Assembly (NCBI RefSeq): GCF_000143415.4
Contig: NW_003314283.1
Location: forward strand, 258,752-322,751
DNA length: 64,000 bases
From: Selaginella moellendorffii
Taxonomy: Eukaryota; Plantae; Lycopodiophyta
Direction: 5' to 3'
Shown: piece after piece, positions 38,611-50,143 of the stretch
Layout: the number at the start of each line of letters is the position of its first letter
Position numbering within the stretch: the first letter of the stretch is position 1
The notes under the pieces: generated by a model
Databases searched by the model: none
What the model saw: the letters and a program-made list of their open reading frames with translations, nothing else
Told to the model about the DNA's origin: nothing
Translations under genes and position numbers: made by a program

Positions 38611-41600
38611 TTAATGAATCTCACCTTGAACTCGGGTTATGAATGCTCTTGCTGCATCTCTTGCATGGTCTGGCAAGGTGATGATGGCACTCTGCTTCCG
38701 CATCCAACCATGCACAACATTATCCACCGATATGCTCATGCTGGGATCCCTTGGATTCAGCACCCATCTCTTTTCTAGGCAATCCTTCGTATATCCAGAA
38801 CTTGGCTTGAACCACTCCACAGTTACATTGAAGGAGTTAGTTTCCGCGTCCTCCTCTGCATCAGTGATGCAGCGCCCCACCCATATCATTTGTTTTTTAT
38901 TACTGGGTCTAACAAGCATGACCATTCCTTTGCAGACCTGTACTGGATTGAATGCTGAATCCGGCTTCTTGTTCCTCGGCCCACAATAGTGATCCTCAAC
39001 ATCGTTATCTGTCACTGCATTTCCAGAGGACATTGTTCCGCTACTATCTGGTGCTCTGGGTTCTGGCCAAAAGGACTCTTCCAATTCTTCATATACAATC
39101 GGCCCATTTTGGATAGTAGATATAATCTTCTCCCAGTATTCGAGCAAAGGCTTGCACCTCTGAAAATAGGATTCTCCACCAAACACCAACCCCCTCTTCC
39201 AGAAGGCAATATGCTGTCTAATCCCGGCCACTATACTTTCCTGGTCTTTGAGTCCATCCGGGTGCATCGGCCGTGGGGAACCCTGAGGAATCATAGGTTC
39301 CCCAGTTATGGGATCTCTCTTGAAGAGTTCAATGCCGTCCACTGGCAGCCACACTGTGTCCCATTCTCTCATCTTGTACCTCATCACTGGAGCACTGTCA
39401 CGCATGCTGAAATGAAACTGAAGAGGCTTGGAGTGGCCAATCAGCATTTCGGATCCATCCCTAATGTAGCCTCTTACAAACCCCTTAAAGTTTGGAACCT
39501 CTGTCACAAGTGCAGCTTCAACAGTGCCTTTGATGCAATTTTGGAATTCATCGTAGAGTTGTGGGAGGGTGAGGACATTGGATCGCTGGAGGGACTCTGC
39601 CAGGTGACTGAACATGGCATCGACGTCTTCATGAGTGTGCCCAACCATGAGAAAGCCAAGTGTAACCGTTTCAAATATGCCTTTGGCAACAAACATCGCC
39701 AAGTACGCGAAGACGTACATGTTTTTGTTCTCACTGCCAGCATTGTCTGTTTGGAGCAGAAGATGGGGTGGAAGGCCACATCGGCCGCAAGAACTTCCTT
39801 GAGATTCTGCTTCGTTTGGATGAGGCTGTGCATTCACCGGGCGACTAGCCTCGTCGGAATGGCATGAGGCCTCACGTGATAACCCTACAATCTGACGGCC
39901 AACATATTCACTGGGATGGCATGGGGCCCCACGCGATACTGCAAGCCTTTGCTCCTCCTCCAGCTGAACCCTGTATGGGGTTCGATTGACAAGGGCCTTA
40001 TGCAAGGGTTGGCCGTTCAGCTCAGTCTGCGCACTTTGCAGAGACCTTAAGTGTTTTGCTAGGGACGCAATCATCATGTTTGCACCCCTGCCACCCCATA
40101 GAGGTACAAAGAAGTTCCCATAGTTCTGGGCACCATGCCCATGAGCGATTATGCCAAACAGAGACACAGGCAGTTGCATGGATGAAGAGATTGCCTTGGG
40201 GGCAGGATTGAGTCGAGGTAAGCACGTCTTTTTCTGGTCCATTTTGTCGTGGATGATGCAGAGGTAAGAGTCAGGTCTCTCCATGGAGAGAATCCTGTTA
40301 TGATAATATGCAGTCCTGCAGCTTCTCTGCTCGATGTTGTGGTCGAGCCGCCTTCTAACTAACGTCTCTCGCTCTTGAGCGATGCAAGAATTCTTCGACA
40401 AAGCCATTTTGATAGCAGTGCACTCGTCATACTTTGAAAAGCTGGAGTACTTTCTTATACTCACATCCCTGAACCTGTTGCTCCACAATCGACTAAATCT
40501 AGATTGGCTCAGCTTCCTGTAGCCATTACTCTGGAGTTCCCGATTCACATTTTCCAATATGGCCCCCTTGGTATACATGGAAGGGAGAACTCGTTGGGTG
40601 TCTCGAGTTCCATCTTCCAAGAGGCGGGTTTTATGTGGTTGCTGCTCGCTACATGTCTCGACAAACCTCTTGAAGATTGCTTCTCCATATACAACATGAC
40701 CCCTGGTTTTTTGAGTACCGTCGTTCCCATGGACTGCCTGTTGAACCCTTTGTTCCTCGAACTCAGTTTTGATTCTATAAAATGTGGTTCGAGGGACTCC
40801 ATAAATGATTCTCCATGCCTTCATGCATACCAAACCCCTCTGGAAGACCATGCCCCCCACCTGATGTTCTGAAGCATCAACAGATGACCGTAATGCCTCA
40901 TACACAAAATTGCGAGCTGCCTTCCAGGACAATGTTTTGTATCTTGCTCTCTCCTCTTCAATAGCATCCCAATCAGCATGTTGACAGCACCTCCTCTTGC
41001 AACAAGCAACTGTCGAGACCATTCGAACCTCCATCGCCATTTTCTGCCTTTTCGGTTCGTTGCTCAGATCCCTTTGGCTGCGCTTTAGGAAGGTGTATTT
41101 TCTTTTCCCATGAAGAAATGTTCTGTCATCAGTTGTAGTGGTGTTTGATTGTGAATCCTTCACATTCTCAAACACTAAGTGCCTCAATTTCCACCGCACA
41201 ATGCTTCCAATAGTCAGACTGTTTTCTTCTGTGTCAACAACCTCTAAAATCGCAACTCCAATATCATCCTAGCCCAATTCTTGATTAGCAACCGCATCTC
41301 TTGGATCGACAACTATGGCTAAGCCCTCAGCTACCACCTCCCCCTCGGGGTTGTTTAGAAACACCTTCGCCTGAATCTATGTCGCACGGTTTTTAAGATC
41401 CACGGAGGGAACATGCGTCGCACTTGCGCTGTCCCCAACATCTGCTTTCTTCTGAAGATTTTTCAAGGCAACAACAACATTTACCCCGACGACCATCTCT
41501 CCTCGTTCAATAGCGACCACATTCCCATCGAAGACAGTCTTTACTGATACAGCAGCATTGCCTTCCCCAAGCCTTTGACAGTGTATAACAAAGTTCCGAT

Positions 41601-41679
41601 CCATAGACACAAGGGTCCTTTTTGCAACTCTCTTCCCACCATTCAAAATGTAAACCTTTTCCCCAACCCTGAAGGCCAT
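38611..41679 (-). CDS. DUF7869/Sola-like RNase H-fold transposase (~1020 codons; two in-frame TAGs at 41377 and 41269)
   Basis: Cys-rich CCKRRCC and C..AW..IYG; catalytic-type motifs IIHDKMDQKK, LQTDNAGSENKN and FLMVGHTHEDVDAMFS. ORF 41377-41679 is in the same frame as ORF 38611-41199. Confidence 0.85.
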
Positions 41680-42042
41680 TCTGAAAGTGCAGAAAAGAAG
41701 TTAAAACCATACAAAAAATGATTGGAGAATGGCCTAAATCATAACATACCAAACAACCTCAATAGCATGAGGCCACATGCCATTATTCAAACATGCTATT
41801 GACACCCACGTGAAATTTTGCATTCACAAAATTGGCATGAGGCCTCATGCCATCTTGATATACACACAGCTGCAGGCAAGTAAAAACATACATGACAATA
41901 CGCTAGCCATGAAATTGCAAGGGCCCAAGATGGCATGTGGCCTCATGCCATTTCTAAATGTGGTCCTAAGCCATTCCATGGTGAACATACCAGGAAGCAC
42001 AAGTGCCGAATATCAAGAGGAAGCGGTAGCCACACCAAAGAT

Positions 42043-42115
42043 AGTGCCGCTCGCAACACCGCAACTACTCGTAGTGCCGCTCGCAACACCGCAACTGCTC
42101 GTAGTGCCGCTCGCA
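42043..42115. repeat. 30-bp tandem repeat (~2.5 copies)
   Basis: TAGTGCCGCTCGCAACACCGCAACTrCTCG repeated. Confidence 0.85.
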
Positions 42116-42974
42116 CAAACTGCCACTCGCATAAACTGCCGCTCGCAATGGCGTTCGCAATGCCGCAACCACTCATAGACGCATAAACCACAGCCCACAA
42201 TGCCGCTTACACAAGCAGCGCTCACTACGCTCAGCGGAACCAAGAACACGGCGCACAAAAATGATAGACCTAGGAATGAGTTCGAGAATTCAAAAATAAC
42301 ACACGCTTGAACGTCACATCAAATCCTCTGACAAACCAGATCTTATGATTCCTCTGACAAATTTCAAACTGAGTAGCTTCTAGACTTTGCTGTCGGAGGT
42401 TGAACTTTGTCACATCATGTCCTTGCCTCGATCCAGCTGTGCCATGTCAGTGATTCGAACTTTGCCATGCCATATCAGCGATCCGCGCCAAGATTATTCG
42501 CCGTGTAAAGGAATAATTATGCTGTGTGTGTACGTCCATTTATGGCAATATAAGGCCACACGCCATTCAAAGAATAATGCTAGTCGATCATTTTTTGGTG
42601 CATTTTTGGGTTCAAAATTGCATGAGCCCACACGCTATAAAGTTTACCTATACCAAAAATAGAAACAGCTTTATTTACTTGGGAATTTAAGTGGTTGAGG
42701 CATTTTTAAACTTACAAACACATGCCCTACTTACATTCCTTTGGTTGCTTAAAATTCAAAAATATTATAAACCTTTCTTTTTGCATTTTCAATGTTTTCA
42801 ATTATGGTTTTTGATTTTCGCAGGACCAGCCTAGTAATCTATTTGCATCCCGTCATGTTTATAGCTAGCTTTCGTTTGTCCCCTTCGCTAGCCTGAGATA
42901 CATCTGCTCGGCATCTGCCTCTTACAGCATTTGCCCAGAAAGGGCATCTTTCTTCACGCAGCATTTGCCACATG

Positions 42975-43000
42975 TTTAGGGTTTAGGGTTTAGGGTTTAG
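42975..43000 (+). repeat. Short interstitial plant telomeric tract (TTTAGGG)3TTTAG
   Basis: Read directly. Confidence 0.9.
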
Positions 43001-44214
43001 CAATTCAGTAGCTTGATAAACATGCAAATACAGAACTTGATGCAAAATCCTTTGATATGTCACAATGCCCTTAGGACCATAAACACATTTCAATAAAGAG
43101 GGTCCTTTCATTTCATAACTCCTTACGTAGATCTTGGTGAAACCAGAGTTAGTGAAGTTAGTTTCTTGTGATCCCGCATCTGATTGTGATGTCCCTTTGC
43201 AGTGTCGATGGAAAGGTCAATGCACACCAAACTGTAAAATCTTGGAGCAAAATAACGGTCAGATCTATGGCAAATGCCCCTGAAACATTGTAAGGCTCGT
43301 GTGGTCTCATGTGGTGTCCGATCGAGATGCTTCTTTGCAGGGTCATCAAGAAAGACATTGTATACCATTCTTTAAAATCTAGTTGCGATCTAACGGTTGG
43401 ATCTCCAGAAAACTCAAAAAAATCTCGCGCGTGTCAGAATATCCTAGGAATATACTCCTATGTGCCCCTGAAAATGGCATGTGGCCCCACGCCATTCAAG
43501 AGATAACGCCAGATGACGCCGAGAATTTTTTGGTGCATTTTTTGGGTTCAAAATTGCATGAGCCCACACGCTATAAAGTTTATCTTTGCCAAATAGAGAA
43601 AAGTTTATCTGTGTCATGTGAGGTAGTTACAGTCCTTTGTGCTCGGCATCTGCCTCTTGCAGCATTTGCACTGAAAGGGAATTTTTCTCCATTCAGCATT
43701 TGGCCCTAAAAATGGCATGCGCCCACACGCCATTCAAGGAATAACGCCACAGGACGTCTGGATTTTTGGGTTTAAAATGTTTAGGGTTTTTTGGGTTTTT
43801 TCAAAATATTTTGGGTCCAACGTTTTTTGGGTTTCTTTGGTTCAAAATTGCATGAGCCCACACACTATAATATTGATTTGAGAGAAAAATAGAAAAAAAT
43901 AGAATTTCTTTATTTAGCTGAACATCTGCCATTTTTGGAAATACAAGATGCTTTGGAATATCCAATCATGCATGGTATAAATATAGCGAGGGTATTAAAT
44001 GATATCCCAATCATGATCTTTCTTTTGGATTTCGCGTGCATGCAGTCCGAGGACTGATGACGTTGCGGATTTCTTTTGGATTTTGCGTGCTTGCATGCGC
44101 GCGGCAATCCAGAAATTAATGGTGGCGCCCAAGTCCGAGGAATGGTGACGTGGCGGGATTACCAACTGTTGTGACATTTCGCGCGTGTGAGGTTAGGTTT
44201 TGCATTTTGCTTCG

Positions 44215-44412
44215 TACTCGCGCTCGCACACTCGCGCTTGCGCTCGCATCACACTCGCGCTCGCGCTCGCATCACACTCGCGCTCCCGCTCGCATCGCGC
44301 TCCCACTCGCAATCACGCTCACTTCTCTACAGGTTTCTCGTGTGCATCGGCGTCCACTCGCGCTTGCATCACACTCGCGCTCGCATCGTGCTCGTGTGCA
44401 TCGGCGTCCACT
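44215..44412. repeat. CG-rich degenerate tandem repeat (CTCGCGCTCGCATCACA units)
   Basis: Read directly; lies upstream of the + strand cargo gene. Confidence 0.8.
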
Positions 44413-44841
44413 TCAAGACACACCCAGTTTGTAACTTCGCCGCCAACTCCGCCGCCCACTCCGCCACCCATACGTAGCCCACTTGGCGTCTCGGGAGATT
44501 TCAGCGCCACTCTCCAACTGTAAGTGGCAGAGTAGCCTTGCTGCTACGATCCGCTGCACACACAATGCACATTCACCAGAGAGTCCGGCCTCGATTGTCA
44601 CGGCCTCCATTCGGCTTCAAATGGTAAGTCTTTTAGGCCAAGTAGAAAATGGCATGAGGCCACATGCCATTCAGTAGCAACATTGGCATGCACCGATTGG
44701 GCTCTCGAGTGCAGTCCGGTTACAGATGGCGTGTAGCCTCACGCCATCTTAGGATGCAGCCTCAAGACATCTGATGTAGTGGTGAATGGCGTGTGGCCTC
44801 ACGTTATTTCCAGCTGCTAGCTTTTCATCTGTCAGCTCTAA

Positions 44842-47800
44842 TTGTTGTGCATTTCTGAACAAGCGAGGAATTGCGTTCTTCTTCCAGCCACTGTCAATGT
44901 GGATGCAGAGAAGGGGGAGGAGCTCACCAGTTGGACTTTCGGGATGGAAGGCGAGGATCTGAGGCTGTACAACACAGATGGTAGGAGAAAAGAATGCATG
45001 GGGATCCTCATCCAAGTGACAGACACTCCATGCAGTTCCATGCAAGAATATGGACTGGCACTTGTGATAGAGACAACATCCGCCTTCAAGATCCACCTTG
45101 CACATCCTAGCGACCTCCTGGAGGGGGGCAGCGGCTATGAGGAATTCCTAGAGGGAGCTAGGGAGAGGTTGTCTAGGAGGCCCACAATTTCAAAGACGCT
45201 GCGGGTCTATGAAGATCACATGGAATCCACGGACCTCACCTACGGCGATGTTCAAAAACTATATTCCAACATTGAGCCGTTGAGAGTGCCTCCAGTTCGC
45301 GAAGCGAAGGGGAAGGGGGTCGATTTGGAAACTACCCCGAAGCAGAAAAGGGTGGTCAAGCTCAAGCCGACATCCGACTCTCTTGCTCCAAAAAAGAAGC
45401 TACTCGGTGATGCCATTGCCTCAGGTTCGAACACTACACCCAGCAAAAAGAAGAGCCGCAAAGAGCAGAAAGAGCAAGAAGAGGCAGCAAAAATCGTCGC
45501 AGATAATAGTACTTGTTACTATTCCAACAAAGTATATACAATCGACGTGAGCCGTATCGACATCCAAAGCAAATACAACCACAGGCTAGTATCTGATGAG
45601 TGGGTGGAGAAACTGAAGCAGAAGATGCTGGCAAGTCCAGTAACACCCGACATCGCAGACGTGATCCCCTACTACCAAACAATGAAGGGCGAGACGAGGT
45701 TTCCAGACTTGATCAATAGGAAGGTGTTGGACGATCAGAACATCCGGTTCTATGCCGTCTCCGGGCAGCATTCTAGCTTGGCGATGCAAGAGATAGTTCT
45801 GGATATTATGGTGGGCGAGGAGGTGAAGAAAGTCTTCAAGACAAGAGTTGTCCGCCTGATAAAAGGCAACTCGCCCCTCCGATCTATCATATCCATCTCC
45901 TACGCGCAGAATGTCAAGCAAGAAACGTGCTACAAATCGGGTCTGCACGAGACATTGGCATGAACACGGAAGCTCTGGGTTCAACTGAAGAAGCCACAAA
46001 AACTAGGACAAGGACGTGCACTAGCAACTAGCGCCTGGCAGGTAAGCCTCGTTGCATGTGGCATAGCATGTGGCCTCACGCCATTTCCATTGCAGGAATT
46101 CTTGAGTCTTCTCTCGAAAACACTAGGGGTCAATGACACACTCAGCATCCATAACATTCTACTTGCGACAAAAGTTGTTTTTGACAAATGGGTAGATGTG
46201 CTGAGGAGGTACCATGACGGGGAATTGCTAAACTCAATGGGTGTGGAGGACGGCCGGAAGCCCAATGATTTGAAGCTCAACGCCTTGCGTTTCTCGCGGT
46301 CTCTAGACGACGACGACCTTTTGACAGTGGCTAATGCTCTTCTACGTGGTGAGGTAGTCTTCAACAAGACCAAAATGACTCCCGGCCATATTGTGACATA
46401 CGAGGACTTGTGCACGACTCTGAGAGCTCGTGCACTATTGAAGGATTGGATCTTCGAGCAAGTGGCCGTGGAGAGGGTGAGCATCGACACCACGCAAGAG
46501 ATGATGGAAGAGCTGGAGTTGTCAAATGAAGACATCAACGACTACGTGAAGGGGGCCCCCAAGTTCATCGATCTGCTGCGGGATGCCACGAAAAGTAAAG
46601 CTGAGAAGTTGGATCAGTATCCAAATTTCATTAAAAGGGATGTCGACCGCCGGCTTCAGAAACAGCTCGACCCCGCAGCAGAGGCCTATCGAGAACCTTA
46701 CCGGGTATACGTGAATTCGGATGAGGATCAAAGGTGGAGGAGCATCGTTTCCCGCGGAGATGAGCAGGTCAAGAACATCTTTTGTGTGATGGACTTCACA
46801 AACGAGGAGATCACTCATGCAGATGAAGTCAGCTCCATCATTGACTTAACGGTGGGACTTGCGGAGGTGGAATCTTCAGTCCACTATATGATCTACGACT
46901 CCGAATCCTATCACAAGTTCTGGAAGGCCTTGAACGAGGTGAAGGCTCGGTTGAAAGGCAAGGAGATGCAGGAGATCCATGGGATAATGGCTAAGAAGAA
47001 AATACCGACGAATGTCCGCATCTTCACACTCGCCCTTGTTATTGGTCCTACAGCAGAGTGGGACTGGAGTGACTTCCCAGCTTCGTTCGACAAGGCCGAT
47101 CGAATTGATCTGAGGGAGGTCAATTTACCCGTGCCTGAGGAACTGAAGACGGCTATGGAGCTTTCGAATCCAGAGAAAGCTCCAGGTGCAGCATGGGAAA
47201 TGCTCAGCTGGGTCTTCAACGCAATAGCACCTGCTTCCGACTCCAAGGGCAAATGCGTTGTCGAGTACAACTGCGGCAGACTATTCTTTCGAGCCGCACT
47301 ACTCAAGGGTGTCCCGTGTGTTGCGGTGATAAACTCCATTGAAGAGGTGACTTCAATGAAACATATAATTACATTTGCCAAAGAAAAACAGTATCTTCTC
47401 TGCGAACCTAGTGAGTACACACTTTAAGTTTAAATGTTATCTCACAAGCTCTGTATGCAGGAGCGTGGCCACCCCCAGATGCTGAAACGGCATTAACAGC
47501 TACTATTGGGCCGAGCTCACAACCTGCACAAGGTAAGGTCACGTGAGGCCTCATGCCATTTTGATTATAAATCGTTGTGAATATTCAGACACGAGGACTG
47601 AAAAACGCACTGGTGGCGCGTCGAAGAAGGACAAACAGACAAGCAATAGGAAAAAAGGAGGTACAAATTATATTTGCAATGGCGTGTGGTCTCATGCCAT
47701 TCCTTGTAGGAGACACTTCTTCAAAGGCAAAACAGGCAAGCACCAGCCAAGCTCAAACTGACAGTGGTCATAAAAAGCGAAAGCACGTTGGACAGTCGTC

Positions 47801-50143
47801 GGGATCAAAGGCGTTTGATTCGAAAAGGAAGAAGGGCAACGAAAAGATGATAGGTAATGCCTCGCGGTCACCACCTCCTGACTTAGATTCCTATGGCGGA
47901 CTCCCCTTCCCCAATCTCAATGGAGAGGTACAATGGATGAGGGATGCTTTTCAAGTCAGGGCCACGTTTTTCTCATCTCGTCGTCTTCGAAGGGTGCAAG
48001 AACGTGCAGAAACTATGTTAAGACAGTCGGGTGAGGATACGGTCCTAGGTCACGCACTAAAACAGGCTATGGATATCTTGTATTTTGAGATGGAGACTCG
48101 GCCAGATGATTTTCCCAAGATGGTCCTGGAAGAACAAGCCATCCAGCCTGAGCAGCTTATGGAAGAAATGCAGGAGGGGGATGAGGAGCCAGAGAAAGAT
48201 AATGAGCAGGAAGAGCAGAAGGACGAAGAGGAGGACAAAGAAGAGGAGGATGAAGAAGAGGAGGACGAAGAGGACTTGGATGGCCCTCACAATGGTGACG
48301 ATCACAATAACGACGATGACGATGATGACGACGATGGCCAGCCTGAGGTGGCCAAAGAGCAGCGGAGGAAGGTCATACAAGACAAACCATCAGGTAAATA
48401 ATAGTACATCCATTCCTAACCTTTTACCATTTCTAACATTGTCCATGTAGGTTGTAAAGCAAATGGTAAGTAGAAATTATTCAGTTGAATTAAGATACAA
48501 ACTCTAGCCTTTAGTGTCGAGGAAGGATAGTGTCAAGCAAGGGTCGAAACGTATGTCCAATCCTTCAGAATCAGCAGTGCGCCCAATAGCAGTTGATGGT
48601 AAATACAGTATAGTCGATTCAATGTGCTAATGAGTTTGTTTTTAGTAGCTAGTAGGGAGGATACCATCTCAATCGAAGGGAGATATTTGGACATGCATAT
48701 GGATCTGCCAGTGGACTCTACTTGCCTGCAAGAGTCATCAGAGCTGGTGGAGGCTACTATCCATATCAACGCCAAGCAAGCTAACCATGCTCCACTTGAT
48801 GCTGCCCATACCACTGAGTCAATCTTGTCCACGTATCCAACTGATGGTGACCAGGCGCCATTGGACCCGCATGAGGCCGCCCCAGCCGCCGAGCCGGTCG
48901 TATCCTCATTTCCAACGGACTCAACGTGTGCCCAATCGTCTGACTACGCGCCGTTGGAACCTCCCTACACCGCCCCTGCTGCCTGTTCGGTCATGTCCAC
49001 TTTGCCAACGGAGGCACCAGCTGAAATGGCGTGTGATCACATGCCATCGGAACCACCCCGTGCCACTGTTGAGCCAGTTGTACCAGAGTCTACAGCTGAA
49101 ATGGCATGTGCCCACACTCCATCGGATGCGATTGACCCCACATTGCAGAGGAGAGTATTTCCGCCCTTTACGTTTCCTCGACCAAAACCCTCTCAACAAC
49201 CATCGGGAGCACCATTCGCTAATATTGTAGATGGTAAAATTGACTTGTACCATTTTTTATGCTAACGCATTTCATTTCAGAGTCACGGCAAAGGTATTGT
49301 ATCGTTTTTGATCTGAACGGTGTCCTTTTCTCCCATGAGCGTGGCTTGTCCTCGAATGTCACTGCACCCTCCAAAGCCTGCGGTCGCAAGTTGGTCAAAA
49401 GAGACAGATTCACATTAATCACACGGGAGAAACTGCGGGATCTAATAATGACCATGCGACACTTAAAACAGAGGGCCGGGTTCAATTTGCAATTGGGAGT
49501 TTGGACATCCATGATGCGCCACAATGCATTAACGTTGCTACAGATGATGCACGATCAGACGCGAGTAATATTACCATTTGACTTTCTCCTAACGCAGGAG
49601 GATTGCTTGACTATGGTCCATGTGAGGGGTAGCAAGCCCATCTTCGTCAAGCCAGAGGCTGTAGTGATGAACCGGACTGCTAGGTCAAGTGAAATCCTCA
49701 TCATCGATGACTCGCCGATTAAAACTACAGCGAACACGCACACATATGCAGTGCACCCCATCTCTTGCAGTATGGAAACTAGGGAGAAGAAACCGTATGT
49801 TCTGGGGGACCTTGCAAAACGGCTTGGAGCGATGGTGATAGAGAACCGGCCAGTCCGGGAGGTGGCTGCAGAAATCAACCAAATGGCAGATGGAACGGTA
49901 TATCAGAAGCCATTTGATCGGACAGACACCAGTCATCATTTATGGCATGTATATTGTCTAGCCAAGCACTATCCGCATCTCCATAATCTGCTCAACCGGA
50001 TGGGTTCTTCGACCATTGAACATGAGCGTGGACGTATTAGAGAAGAGATGGCATTACTATTGGGTTTAAATCCTGATAGTGTGGAGAGTGATGAAATTCC
50101 AAGATTATTGTATAGGCGTTGGAGGCAAAAAATAACAGTCTGA
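44842..50143 (+). CDS. Transposon cargo gene, multi-exon: ParB/Srx-like domain - degenerate N4/N6 DNA methyltransferase-like domain - acidic tract - Pro/Ala-rich linker - FCP1/NIF HAD phosphatase; premature stops at 45961 and 48528
   Basis: ParB-like TIDVSRID..NHRLVSDEWVEKLKQKM..FYAVSGQHS..A; MTase-like NPEKAP..KGKCVVEYNCGR..AALLKG; NIF YCIVFDLNGVL, GVWTSMM, LIIDDSPIK. Phase-compatible GT-AG introns at 46042-46095, 47411-47460, 47533-47589, 47661-47709, ~48394-48450 and ~49234-49281. The 5' end and the 48500-48650 junction are uncertain. Confidence 0.7.

Noticed and set aside
38989-39867. 292-aa + strand ORF, and similar ORFs at 22101-22820 and 18484-19140
   Set aside because: These are antisense shadows of real coding sequences.
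44842-47427. Bacterial contamination or prophage as the source of the ParB/MTase-like sequence
   Set aside because: The gene has spliceosomal introns and lies inside a TIR/TSD-bounded element between plant genes.
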